A DNA stretch of 42,235 nt from a virus. How positions within the stretch are numbered: position 1 is the stretch's first letter; each line of letters opens with the position of its first letter. The notes below the pieces were generated by a model. That model did no database searches. It was not told the origin of the DNA and worked only from the letters and a program-made list of their open reading frames with translations. The stretch is taken from positions 1-42,235 of IMG/VR virus record IMGVR_UViG_3300020215_000089; one strand, given 5' to 3'. Of the stretch, positions 30,394 to 38,661 are shown piece by piece. The translations under genes and the position numbers were made by a program.

Positions 30394-30723
30394 ATGCCAA
30401 AATCTCCGACGAAGAAAACGGCGCGCGAGAAAAAATCGCCCCCGATCATCATGATGCGAACCGACCCGGAATTTAAAAAGCGATTCGACGACGCGGCAGA
30501 TTTCCGTGGATGGTCAATGCAGAAGGCCCTTGAGCGGGTCTTGGGGAAATGGATCGAAGAGGTTGAACAGGAACGGGGGCCGAAGCCGCCGCCAACTCAG
30601 AATCCCCGCGACGGCGACATAAATCCGCCTTCAGGTCGCGACGGGGACGGGAAGAAAGGCTATCTACACAAATCTACTTCGTCTCATTCGCCTGCCGCAA
30701 AACCCGGGCAAGTTTCTCAATGA
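30394..30723 (+). CDS. Ribbon-helix-helix regulator (candidate repressor)
   Basis: ORF 30364..30723 trimmed to the ATG at 30394. PPIIMMRTDPEFKKRFDDAADFRGWSMQKALERVLGKWIEE fits a strand-helix-helix (CopG/Arc) layout, followed by a disordered tail. Confidence 0.55.
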   Translation: MPKSPTKKTAREKKSPPIIMMRTDPEFKKRFDDAADFRGWSMQKALERVLGKWIEEVEQERGPKPPPTQNPRDGDINPPSGRDGDGKKGYLHKSTSSHSPAAKPGQVSQ

Positions 30724-30898
30724 GTATGCCAGCCCCATCACGCTTCGTTACTGTGTGCTGGCATCCGGCAATGTCGCGAAAACAGATGATGACGAAGCGG
30801 TCTTGGCCCCTGATTTCAAGACCCACGCCGACAAGCATTGAACCGCAATCAGTGAATGTCGCCACGTCGCACGCCATGATCTTTTCGCACGGGTCCAT
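30674..30898 (-). CDS. Possible small minus-strand ORF between lysogeny genes
   Basis: This is the C-terminal 74 aa of ORF 30674..31159 (MDPCEKIMACDVATFTDCGSMLVGVGLEIRGQDRFVIICF...). No Shine-Dalgarno site, and it overlaps the RHH gene tail. Confidence 0.25.
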   Translation of the reverse strand: MDPCEKIMACDVATFTDCGSMLVGVGLEIRGQDRFVIICFRDIAGCQHTVTKRDGAGILIEKLARVLRQANETK

Positions 30899-31020
30899 GC
30901 TGGAAGTATAAAGTTCGTAGGTGGAAGTTCCAGACCCCAAACGCCGTAAAACTCGCAAGATGACTAACGCTTTAAATGCGACATTCTCCGACGGAGAAAC
31001 GGCAAATCGTGAGGTAAAAA

Positions 31021-31443
31021 ATGGGTAAGTGGTTGCTGGGCTCCGTCGCGCTTCTCTCGGCCTGCACCATTCCCGCCATGACCCCTGAAGAAGTCGCCGT
31101 CGCACAAAGAGCAGGGAACGTCTGCACGCGATTTGCGCTTCCCCAAAACTGCTACACATACCTCCCCGTCAAGCAATTCGTCGAGATATATGGCGACAGG
31201 ATGAGCCAGCAGGAGCGCGGAGATTTTTTCATTGCTCAGGTCCTTCACGGAAAAAGAGCCCAGGAGCAAGACCAGCTCAACAGAGAGTGGGGCGCGGCGA
31301 TGCAGCAGTTCAGCAACGACATGCGGGAAATCAACCGCCAGCAACAGCAGTTGTATCAGGTTCCCCCGCCCCCAGCACCATGGCAACAAACCATAACGAA
31401 CTGCCAGAACACTTACGGCGGCTTCAGGTGTACCAGCTACTAA
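31021..31443 (+). CDS. Prophage lipoprotein
   Basis: MGKWLLGSVALLSAC contains the lipobox LSAC. GAGG lies upstream. The mature part is Gln-rich. Confidence 0.7.
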   Translation: MGKWLLGSVALLSACTIPAMTPEEVAVAQRAGNVCTRFALPQNCYTYLPVKQFVEIYGDRMSQQERGDFFIAQVLHGKRAQEQDQLNREWGAAMQQFSNDMREINRQQQQLYQVPPPPAPWQQTITNCQNTYGGFRCTSY

Positions 31444-31444
31444 G

Positions 31445-31693
31445 ATGAAGCCGTCCCTGTCCTGGGACTTTGCCGCCTACATGGTCTGCCTTGTCGTCAT
31501 GCAAGGCTTTATCCGGCAAGCTCTCAAGACCTTCGGCTTTAGCGGCAAGACCTTCGAGGAGCATATCCAGTCCTACCGGGTCGATTCGTTTTGGACGCTC
31601 CTTAACCACGCCTGTCTGGCCTTCATTTACTCGGTAATAGGGATCTTCGTTTTCGCCAAGACCCTGGACTATCTGGTCTGGATGTTTAGTTAG
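31445..31693 (+). CDS. Two-TM membrane protein
   Basis: 82-aa ORF with hydrophobic segments FAAYMVCLVVMQGF and ACLAFIYSVIGIFVFA. Confidence 0.6.
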   Translation: MKPSLSWDFAAYMVCLVVMQGFIRQALKTFGFSGKTFEEHIQSYRVDSFWTLLNHACLAFIYSVIGIFVFAKTLDYLVWMFS

Positions 31694-32710
31694 GTGCCAG
31701 GACTCATTAAACGCGGGAAGGTCTGGTACTCGGACATCCGCCTCAACGGGCGGCGGGTCCGCAAGCCCCTAAGCACTGATAAGGTCGTCGCCCAGCAGAA
31801 GCTCCGGGACCTATCCGACGAGCGCCATTCCGTGAAATACGGGGCGGGCGGGGACATGCGCTGGGGGCCGTTCAAAGAGAAATACCTAGCCTTCTGTCTC
31901 GTCGATAAAAAACCATTTACCGTCGTACGCACGAAGGTCTCCCTAGGTCATTACGAAAAGTTCGCCAAGCCAAAGACCCTCTCGGACGTGACCCCGGAAA
32001 CCCTGGAGCAGTTTAAGGGCCACAGAAAGGCGCAGGGGATTGGGAATGCCACGATAAACGTAGACGTGAAGAAGGTAAAAGCCCTCATGCGCCGGGCGAT
32101 GCTCTGGGGTTATATCGACAAGTGGAACGGCGCGGCGGTTAAGGAACTGCGGGAGACGCGCAACCGGGAGAGATTCTACACGGTCGAGGAACTAAAACGA
32201 CTCCTCGACGTTTGCCGGGCCAAGAAATACGGCTTTTACCAGTGGGAGACGGTCTGCCTGCTGGCCGCCCAGGCGGGGCTGCGAAGATCCGAAATCTACC
32301 ACCTTGCCTGGAAGGACATCGACCTGGAGTCCGGGATGCTGCACGTCTCCTCAAAAGAGGGCTGGGACCCCAAGACCGACAAGTCCAGCCGGCACATCCC
32401 GATTGCCAAAGACCTCGCCAAGCATCTCAAGGGCCTGAAGCGATCAACCCCATGGGTCATTGGCGAGCGCCCGTCCAAGTCCGTCATGTCCGCCTACTTC
32501 CAGAAAATCAGCCGCAAGGCCAGGCTAGACGGGAACCTCCACACCCTGCGCCACACCTTCGGAAGCCACCTAGCCCAAGCCGGCGTCCCCCTTCACACCA
32601 TCGCCAAGCTAATGGGGCACTCGACGACGCGCACGACGGAACTCTACGCCCACCTAGCCCCCAAGGACCTCAAGTCCGCAATCAGCAGGCTTCCCGGAAT
32701 CGGCCTTTAA
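31694..32710 (+). CDS. int: Tyrosine integrase
   Basis: 338 aa with a GTG start. The catalytic region is RRSEI...HTLRHTFGSHLAQAGVPLHTIAKLMGHSTTRTTELYAHL. Confidence 0.9.
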   Translation: MPGLIKRGKVWYSDIRLNGRRVRKPLSTDKVVAQQKLRDLSDERHSVKYGAGGDMRWGPFKEKYLAFCLVDKKPFTVVRTKVSLGHYEKFAKPKTLSDVTPETLEQFKGHRKAQGIGNATINVDVKKVKALMRRAMLWGYIDKWNGAAVKELRETRNRERFYTVEELKRLLDVCRAKKYGFYQWETVCLLAAQAGLRRSEIYHLAWKDIDLESGMLHVSSKEGWDPKTDKSSRHIPIAKDLAKHLKGLKRSTPWVIGERPSKSVMSAYFQKISRKARLDGNLHTLRHTFGSHLAQAGVPLHTIAKLMGHSTTRTTELYAHLAPKDLKSAISRLPGIGL

Positions 32711-32917
32711 TTTGGTCCCAATTTGGACACAATCCCGAGGAGAAACCTGTGTCCCCTCCAGGAATTTAACCGTAAGGCGGTTTCCCGAGGAGAAAATGGG
32801 CAATGTCTCGTTCTCCGTCGAGAAAACCCCGCTTTCCCCAACCCATGACCGCGTAAATCCATCAACTCAGCCAGAAAAATGGACCCAAAATGGACACAAA
32901 GAACGGGCCTAAATAGT
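32711..32917. mobile_element. Candidate attP region
   Basis: Tandem 11-bp units ATTTGGTCCCA/ATTTGGACACA (32710-32731) and AATGGACCCAA/AATGGACACAA (32878-32899) lie in direct orientation. CCCGAGGAGAAA occurs at 32734 and 32784, exactly 50 bp apart. The region follows directly after int. Confidence 0.5.
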
Positions 32918-33721
32918 CTAGCGGATCATAAACCGGGACTGGCCCTCGTAGCGACCGAAGCGTCCTGTAGCCCACTTCCCGCAATCTGTACATTGATACC
33001 GCTGGCGCTTGCCGGTGGACAGGAAGATAAAGCCCCGGCATTGAAGATTGGCGCTCTTGCAGGCCGGGCAGGTAAATGAGGCTTTGGACATGGGGTTTAG
33101 GTTGGGATGGCCAGTCATCCAGGGCCTTAGTTTGAGATAGACCCGCTCCAGGAGCCCCACGTCCCCAAGGTTGTATTTCTTCATCTGAGCCCAGGACTCG
33201 GGGTCGCCATTGAGACATCCGATCCACATATCTATTCCCGGATGCCTAACCTTCCGGCCGACCCCTAGAAATTCTCCAAGGTCGTCTAGTTTGTTGGAGT
33301 TAAAATCGAAGGCCGCGCGGGCCGCTTTGAGGGTATCGACCCGTTTGTGTGGCGGGGGCGGGGTCAGGCCGTGCTTGATAAAGTCGGTGTTGGACCGCTT
33401 GTCGTCAAAATCAACGACGTTATGCCCGACGGTTATGTCCGCCTGGCAAAACAGGGCATGGAGGGCCTTGATTAGCTCCCGGTTGTTCTCTTTGTCCTTG
33501 GCGTAGCCCTTGAAGTCTGGGAGGGCTAGGACGTGCCCCTCGGCTTCACCCAGCCACTTCCAGGCAAAGGAGATGATCTGCCGATGCTTGATGACTCGGA
33601 TGACGTCCTGTTGCCAGACGCCCCAGGTGTAAGCGATGTTTGGGCTCGTCTCTAGGTCGTAGAGGAGGATTCTTGCAGCAGTTTCCGTCGCGTCGGGCGA
33701 CTTCGTTTGATTTGCTGGCAC
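32918..33721 (-). CDS. DEDD 3'-5' exonuclease with C-terminal zinc ribbon
   Basis: Motifs are ILLYDLETSP (Exo I), GHNVVDFD (Exo II) and YNLGDVGLLERVY (Exo III), plus CPAC...CTDC. The GTG start follows AGGAGG. Confidence 0.8.
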   Translation of the reverse strand: MPANQTKSPDATETAARILLYDLETSPNIAYTWGVWQQDVIRVIKHRQIISFAWKWLGEAEGHVLALPDFKGYAKDKENNRELIKALHALFCQADITVGHNVVDFDDKRSNTDFIKHGLTPPPPHKRVDTLKAARAAFDFNSNKLDDLGEFLGVGRKVRHPGIDMWIGCLNGDPESWAQMKKYNLGDVGLLERVYLKLRPWMTGHPNLNPMSKASFTCPACKSANLQCRGFIFLSTGKRQRYQCTDCGKWATGRFGRYEGQSRFMIR

Positions 33722-33739
33722 TTAACGCCTCCTGTGCGT

Positions 33740-33919
33740 CTACTCCTCTTCTTCCTCCGACCCGCCTTTAAGCTCGAACAAAGTAGCTCCCCCGCACCCA
33801 GCACAGTAAATTGTCTGCCGCCCGGGCTGGACGAGGACATAAAGCAAGACCGTGCAATCTTCGTTTCCGCACCTTTGAATCGACCACGCTATTCCGCCTT
33901 TATCCCGTGGGCTGTCCAT
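33740..33919 (-). CDS. 59-aa zinc-ribbon micro-ORF (not in track)
   Basis: Hand translation gives MDSPRDKGGIAWSIQRCGNEDCTVLLYVLVQPGRQTIYCAGCGGATLFELKGGSEEEEE*. Confidence 0.4.
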   Translation of the reverse strand: MDSPRDKGGIAWSIQRCGNEDCTVLLYVLVQPGRQTIYCAGCGGATLFELKGGSEEEEE

Positions 33920-33925
33920 AGGTAT

Positions 33926-34090
33926 CTAGTCGGCCCATTTCTGGTGATGTTCAAAGGCGGCGCAGGTTTCTGCTGATAGGTCCTCGTCCGTTTTGCCCCG
34001 GATCTTTTCAAGTCGGAAGGACCACCCGCACGAACAAGCGACTGTGATGAGCGCGATTCGCTTGAGCTGGTGCCCATTTACTTGGCCCAT
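33926..34090 (-). CDS. 54-aa micro-ORF (not in track)
   Basis: Hand translation gives MGQVNGHQLKRIALITVACSCGWSFRLEKIRGKTDEDLSAETCAAFEHHQKWAD*. It looks more protein-like than the listed 62-aa ORF 33889..34077. Confidence 0.4.
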   Translation of the reverse strand: MGQVNGHQLKRIALITVACSCGWSFRLEKIRGKTDEDLSAETCAAFEHHQKWAD

Positions 34091-34491
34091 TGGACCGTGA
34101 GCTGTAAATCCTCGCCTTCTAGGTCATCCTCGAACCGCTTAACGGCATCCCGGGAGCCAAGGAGGGCCTTTTGTCCGGCCAGCTCGCCTATGGCATTACC
34201 CAGGAGGACGCAGCCTTCCGAATCAGACTTGAGCCCCTTGTCCACGTCCCCGCAGAAGTTCCCGCTATGAATCTGGATGGCTTTATACCCAGGAACGCCC
34301 AAAAGCCAGTAAACGTCCTTATTTCGCTTAGGCGAGTGGCCTTTCCGGCACAGATAAACCCCTTCGGGTATACACTCGGGCGGCTCGCCCGAATAGCATT
34401 GGAATCCCGAATCAAGGGTAAAGAGACCAAAGGTCCCCTGGTCGGAGGACTCCTTTCGGATTAGGGTTGCCTTTCGTGTTTGTCTAGCCAT
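34078..34491 (-). CDS. DUF5675-like protein (function unknown; in lysis-like block)
   Basis: Trimmed to the ATG at 34491. LIRKESSDQGTFGLFTLD...PEGVYLCRKGHSPKRNKDVYWLLGVPGYKAIQIHSGN...SEGCVLLG resembles DUF5675 (from memory). Confidence 0.5.
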   Translation of the reverse strand: MARQTRKATLIRKESSDQGTFGLFTLDSGFQCYSGEPPECIPEGVYLCRKGHSPKRNKDVYWLLGVPGYKAIQIHSGNFCGDVDKGLKSDSEGCVLLGNAIGELAGQKALLGSRDAVKRFEDDLEGEDLQLTVQWAK

Positions 34492-34577
34492 GCGAAGAGG
34501 GCAAGCAAGCACACGGCGGCAACAAAGCACAGCCCACCGATATAAGACGCCCCAGCCAGGACCCAGCCGCCAATCAT
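34461..34577 (-). CDS. 38-aa transmembrane micro-ORF
   Basis: Hand translation gives MIGGWVLAGASYIGGLCFVAAVCLLALFAWLDKHERQP*. It forms an ATGA overlap with the upstream gene. Confidence 0.35.
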   Translation of the reverse strand: MIGGWVLAGASYIGGLCFVAAVCLLALFAWLDKHERQP

Positions 34578-34849
34578 TTCGGCGCGGGGACGATCTTATC
34601 GAGGGCATCCCGCACCCTAGACGCCTTATCCAGCAAAGTCGGGACGAGGGCCGGGGCAAGGACAGCCCACACCTGAGCCGCCTGCTCGGCGTCGATTACC
34701 CCGGCGTATTTCAAGAGGTAGACCAAGGACATAACTCCCAGGTTTATCTCCGAGCGATGCCCCTTTAGCTTGTCGTTTGCCCAAGCGACTGCGCCGACAA
34801 GCCTTTTTCCCAAGCTGAGCTGAGCAACCTTGACGAGTAGCCAATTCAT
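34574..34849 (-). CDS. Holin-like membrane protein (putative)
   Basis: 91 aa with two hydrophobic segments (INLGVMSLVYLLKYAGVI and VWAVLAPALVPTLL). AGGAGG lies upstream. Confidence 0.4.
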   Translation of the reverse strand: MNWLLVKVAQLSLGKRLVGAVAWANDKLKGHRSEINLGVMSLVYLLKYAGVIDAEQAAQVWAVLAPALVPTLLDKASRVRDALDKIVPAPK

Positions 34850-34916
34850 TGATCCTCCTAGAATCTCCAGCTAAAAGAGATGCGAAATCGGCGCAAGACG
34901 CGAGACAAAAGCCACC

Positions 34917-35123
34917 TCACTTTTGGTCACTCAACAGGGCAATCAACTTACTCGGAGCGTAGACGAGGAGAGCCAACCCTGCCCCAACACCTGCCGCCCA
35001 ATTTTTGATGCGCTCCAGGGCCCGAAGCCGCTGCCCGTGATCGTTTAGGCGCTCGTCCGTCGTCTTTAGCTGTTGCTCGATCCGGGACAGTCCGCTAATA
35101 ACCCTCTCCTGGAAGTCGTCCAT
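34917..35123 (-). CDS. Tail-anchored membrane protein with coiled-coil N-terminus
   Basis: 68 aa with a C-terminal WAAGVGAGLALLVYAPSKLIALL. AGGAG lies upstream. Confidence 0.5.
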   Translation of the reverse strand: MDDFQERVISGLSRIEQQLKTTDERLNDHGQRLRALERIKNWAAGVGAGLALLVYAPSKLIALLSDQK

Positions 35124-35131
35124 ACAGTCTC

Positions 35132-35299
35132 CTATGACCGCTGCATTATGACGATGGCGTCGATTGCGCGGTTAAACGCACGCATGGCATAAAGGGCCTG
35201 GCAAGAGACGTAAATGGACAGCGCCGCCAGACACGCGCACAACAACTCCATGAGCAGGAGAAGGCGCGGCATGAGCTTGTCCGTTTTTCTTCGCCCCAT
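35132..35299 (-). CDS. Small single-TM membrane protein
   Basis: Trimmed to the ATG at 35299, which forms a TAATG junction. The sequence is MGRRKTDKLMPRLLLLMELLCACLAALSIYV... Confidence 0.45.
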   Translation of the reverse strand: MGRRKTDKLMPRLLLLMELLCACLAALSIYVSCQALYAMRAFNRAIDAIVIMQRS

Positions 35300-35631
35300 T
35301 AGTCCCCCACACACGGGTATTTCTGCTCACAGTAGAGCGGGTCGAAAGGACGCTCCAAGTGGCAGATTTCATGCGGCAAACAGCCCATGTACCGCTTGCC
35401 GATAAAGATGGTTGCCTTGCGGCCAAATTGACCGGGTTTGAAACACGCTACCGGCTTGTGTTTAAGGGGCTCGCCCCGGTCATTCTTGGGGCAGATGGCC
35501 GCACAGTGGTTGCCCACGGCGATAGAGTCACAGGCCAGCACGTTGTAGTCGAAGTAACGGAACCGCTGGCAGTTGGCCGACTTCCAGGGCGTTGCACATC
35601 CGGTCAACAGCAGGATGGCTAGGAGTCTCAT
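35299..35631 (-). CDS. Cys-rich lipoprotein with HExxH motif
   Basis: Trimmed to the ATG at 35631, which forms an ATGA overlap. MRLLAILLLTGC contains the lipobox LTGC. The protein has LPHEICHLERP and about 10 Cys. Confidence 0.6.
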   Translation of the reverse strand: MRLLAILLLTGCATPWKSANCQRFRYFDYNVLACDSIAVGNHCAAICPKNDRGEPLKHKPVACFKPGQFGRKATIFIGKRYMGCLPHEICHLERPFDPLYCEQKYPCVGD

Positions 35632-36251
35632 TGAGCCCCAAAACAAGAGATATACACCTGTGTAAAATCGAAAAACGAGACATTCTTTAACGTCGAAAAG
35701 CTCGCCTGATCTACCGCCTTTGCCTCTGAGAGGTGGCAAGACGACGAGTTGTCATCGGTCGTGTATTGCACCGTGCAGAAACAGGCGTAATTCGTGTCTG
35801 CATACGCCTTGGCGAAATTCACGACGTAATTCCCTGTCGACATTCGGCTCGTCGAAGTGACGTTGATGTCGTACACCGACGCACCCGTCCCTCCGGTAAT
35901 GACGGCCAACACAGAGGCAAAGGAGCCCTGGTAGAGGGCATTTGCCGTAGACGTGGCCGGGGCGATACTGTTTACTGTCATCGTGGACGAGTTGACGAGG
36001 TTGAACGTCCCGGAAATGCTCAGGTTTGACGCCGATGAGTTGCCCGTCATCGAGACGTTCGCCGTGAATGTGGACGCAGCCGTCGCCTCGAAGCCTCCCT
36101 GGAATGTCGGTTTGCCCGTCAGCGTTGGCCGCCCGCTTTGCAGTTCACGGATGTCTAGCCCCAGGTTTTTGACCTTCTCGTCAAACGCAGGACTGTAGGT
36201 CCCGGACGATTGGGCGGCGGCAAGGGTCGCCGACAGGAGGAGGAGGGACAT
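35628..36251 (-). CDS. Short tail-fibre-like protein with signal-peptide-like N-terminus
   Basis: MSLLLLSATLAAAQS-SG at the N-terminus, then LTGKPTFQGG and Ser/Thr/Asn-rich repeats. It occupies the fibre slot after the internal-protein genes. Confidence 0.5.
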   Translation of the reverse strand: MSLLLLSATLAAAQSSGTYSPAFDEKVKNLGLDIRELQSGRPTLTGKPTFQGGFEATAASTFTANVSMTGNSSASNLSISGTFNLVNSSTMTVNSIAPATSTANALYQGSFASVLAVITGGTGASVYDINVTSTSRMSTGNYVVNFAKAYADTNYACFCTVQYTTDDNSSSCHLSEAKAVDQASFSTLKNVSFFDFTQVYISCFGAQ

Positions 36252-37621
36252 CAAGGGAGCGCGGGCCTCTCCCTGCGGCTCATATACGCTTGCTCCAGGG
36301 CCGAGGCTGTAGCGGCCTGCGGGGCAACGCGATAGACAGCCCCGGGAACTTTTCCCAAAAGCGCCGCACCCTTTAGCGCCGTACCATAGGCCAACGGGGA
36401 CACCACCGCCGCGCCGCCCAGGCCACCCAGGACAGCGCCAACCGCAGCACCCGGAACACCACCAATAGCCCCGCCCGTTGCAGCGCCGGACGTAACCCCG
36501 GAAGTAAGCGCCCCCCAGAATCTGGCTACGTTGGGCTGGCCGTTGATGTTGCGCGGCAACGCGGAGCCAAAGTCGCCGGCAACCTCATTTTCCCAGGCCG
36601 CCCGCCTTGCCGCCCGCCACTCGGGATATCCCGGGGGCTGGATCTGCGGATTTTGGTAGGGAATCTTCTGACCCGCGATATAGGTAAACTTCGTTTGAGG
36701 ACCGACCGGCGGCCCGCCCTTTTCAATGAAATCGTCAAACTGCGTCTTGAGGCCTTGCGCCTGCTCGGATACTTGCTGCGCCATCTCGACGCCACGCGAG
36801 CGCATGTCCCGGATGATTCTTCCCGCTTGGCTGGCATTTACGGCCTCTTGGATTGATAGCGTGCCGTCGCGCAGTTTGTTGTAAGCGTCTCGCATCGTGT
36901 CCATGGCCCTGGAAACCGTGTCGAAGGGGTCATCGGACTTGGCGATGAACTCCCTCCGCGAAGTGGTCCCAGAGGCCGAGTGGAAAGAATCGTAAGCCTT
37001 GGACACCGCATCGTCGGACGGAGCGCGAAGCAACAGACTCGGATCAGCGGCCACCGCTGCGCCGGACTTCTCATCGACGTTGGCAAAGAGCTTGAAAATT
37101 GCCCCACCGGCCTTATTCAGGGCCGGGCGGACGGCTCGCACGCCAGCGCCGATGGCCTGCCCCGCACCCTCACCCGCCGCGTTTTCCAATCCCGCCCGGT
37201 TGACCTGTCCCAAGACCTCACCCGCAGGCGTGAACTCCCGCCCTGTGGCGGCATTATTGGCCTGAACGAGGGCTTGCCGGGCCGATTCCATGCCCGTCGC
37301 GCCAATGTAAGCCCCGCCAAGTCCAGCCAGGGCCACTCCGGGCAGGCCAAACGGAGCCCCATACGGAGCCGCCGCCGCAGCCCCCGCCATTGCACCCGCC
37401 GCCGCAGGCGTGGCCCGCGCCAAAGTCCCCAGGAGTCCGGTCGGACGGTTGCTTAGAATGTCGGAATCGGAGCCAACGGACTGGCGCAAGACGTTCCCGG
37501 CCCCAGCCACGGATGCCTCAATAAACGATGGCTCCTCTTTCGTCTGGGCGAGTGAGTAGCCAGGCGGCAAATCACGGGTTTGCGGAGCCTCGGAATATCC
37601 CGGAGGAAGTTCGCGCTTCAT
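36251..37621 (-). CDS. Internal virion / ejection-like protein (Gly/Ala-rich, glycine-zipper segments)
   Basis: Trimmed to the ATG at 37621, which forms an ATGA overlap. Assigned by composition and by position after the nozzle-like gene. Confidence 0.45.
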   Translation of the reverse strand: MKRELPPGYSEAPQTRDLPPGYSLAQTKEEPSFIEASVAGAGNVLRQSVGSDSDILSNRPTGLLGTLARATPAAAGAMAGAAAAAPYGAPFGLPGVALAGLGGAYIGATGMESARQALVQANNAATGREFTPAGEVLGQVNRAGLENAAGEGAGQAIGAGVRAVRPALNKAGGAIFKLFANVDEKSGAAVAADPSLLLRAPSDDAVSKAYDSFHSASGTTSRREFIAKSDDPFDTVSRAMDTMRDAYNKLRDGTLSIQEAVNASQAGRIIRDMRSRGVEMAQQVSEQAQGLKTQFDDFIEKGGPPVGPQTKFTYIAGQKIPYQNPQIQPPGYPEWRAARRAAWENEVAGDFGSALPRNINGQPNVARFWGALTSGVTSGAATGGAIGGVPGAAVGAVLGGLGGAAVVSPLAYGTALKGAALLGKVPGAVYRVAPQAATASALEQAYMSRRERPALP

Positions 37622-38661
37622 TGTTTCCACCCCACGAACTTGGGACCGTTGTAAAGGGCAACGCGAGTGCGCCCGGAACCGTCAACAAGCGGCACCTCTT
37701 CCACGCCGCCGCCGCCCAAAGAGGCCAGCTCGGCGTCAGGGATTCCAAGATCGGGGAAAACAACATCAGGGTTGATTCCCGGATACTGAGCCGCACGACG
37801 AGAAAGGGCCGAACGCTCCGACTCAACGCCCTTCTTTTGCTCGTCGTAGATGGCTTTAGCCGTATCGAGAATTACCTTGTTTTTTTCGTTGGCGCTGACG
37901 CGGCCCTGCTTAGCGTTGTTCCAGGCCGTGGCCAACCGCTGAGCCAGGGGAGTTGCCTGGTTGCTCAGCGCAATTTCCCCCTCGCGAACGACGGAGTTTG
38001 GATCAAGAATCTTGACCAGCGCGTACACCGTCGCGATGTCGCTGATACCGCTGGGATTCTTCGCCAAAGCGGCGATGTTGCGGTAAGCGTCACGGATCTG
38101 GGTGAAGTTCTTGACCGGCTGAGCGTTGCGGTAATCGTCGTAAAGCTGGGACTCAATCCGTGCCCGCTCTGTCAGCTCAAGCCCACCCGCACCCCGGGCT
38201 TTGTCCGCCTCGGCCTTCGTCTTGTCTATCTGGGCGCGGGTTAGCTCCTGGGACAAATCCTGCTTGCCGAACATCTTCACAAGGCTCTGCTTGAACTGGT
38301 CAGCGGCGGATAAGGTTTGCGGGCTATACGGTCCAACCGGAGGATTGGGGCTTGTGGCCAAACTAAGGACGGTCGGGTCGGTCTCAGCAATCGTCTTGCC
38401 GCCGAGGGCGAACCGCTCTTGAAGATCGGCAAGCCCGGCCGCGCGCTTTTGATTGGCCAGGGCACCTTGAGCGGACTGGACCTGGAGGTTGTGTAGCTCT
38501 CCCGCCCGTGCATCCTGGACGCCCTGCCGCTCAAGCTGTTTCTGCTGGAGGTAGGCGTTATAGATAGAGTCGATGGTGTTTCCAACATCCCGGAATTGGA
38601 ACGTCGGATCACCAGGGGCCTGGAACTGCGGATTAGACTGCGCCGGTGTAAACCATTTCAT
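37618..38661 (-). CDS. Internal virion-like protein
   Basis: 347-aa Gln/Ala-rich ORF with ATGA overlaps at both ends. Confidence 0.45.
   Translation of the reverse strand: MKWFTPAQSNPQFQAPGDPTFQFRDVGNTIDSIYNAYLQQKQLERQGVQDARAGELHNLQVQSAQGALANQKRAAGLADLQERFALGGKTIAETDPTVLSLATSPNPPVGPYSPQTLSAADQFKQSLVKMFGKQDLSQELTRAQIDKTKAEADKARGAGGLELTERARIESQLYDDYRNAQPVKNFTQIRDAYRNIAALAKNPSGISDIATVYALVKILDPNSVVREGEIALSNQATPLAQRLATAWNNAKQGRVSANEKNKVILDTAKAIYDEQKKGVESERSALSRRAAQYPGINPDVVFPDLGIPDAELASLGGGGVEEVPLVDGSGRTRVALYNGPKFVGWKQ

Noticed and set aside
33889-34077. Listed 62-aa ORF (MGTSSSESRSSQS...).
   Set aside because: It has Ser/Arg-rich low-complexity sequence. A different frame over the same DNA gives a more protein-like 54-aa product (33926-34090).
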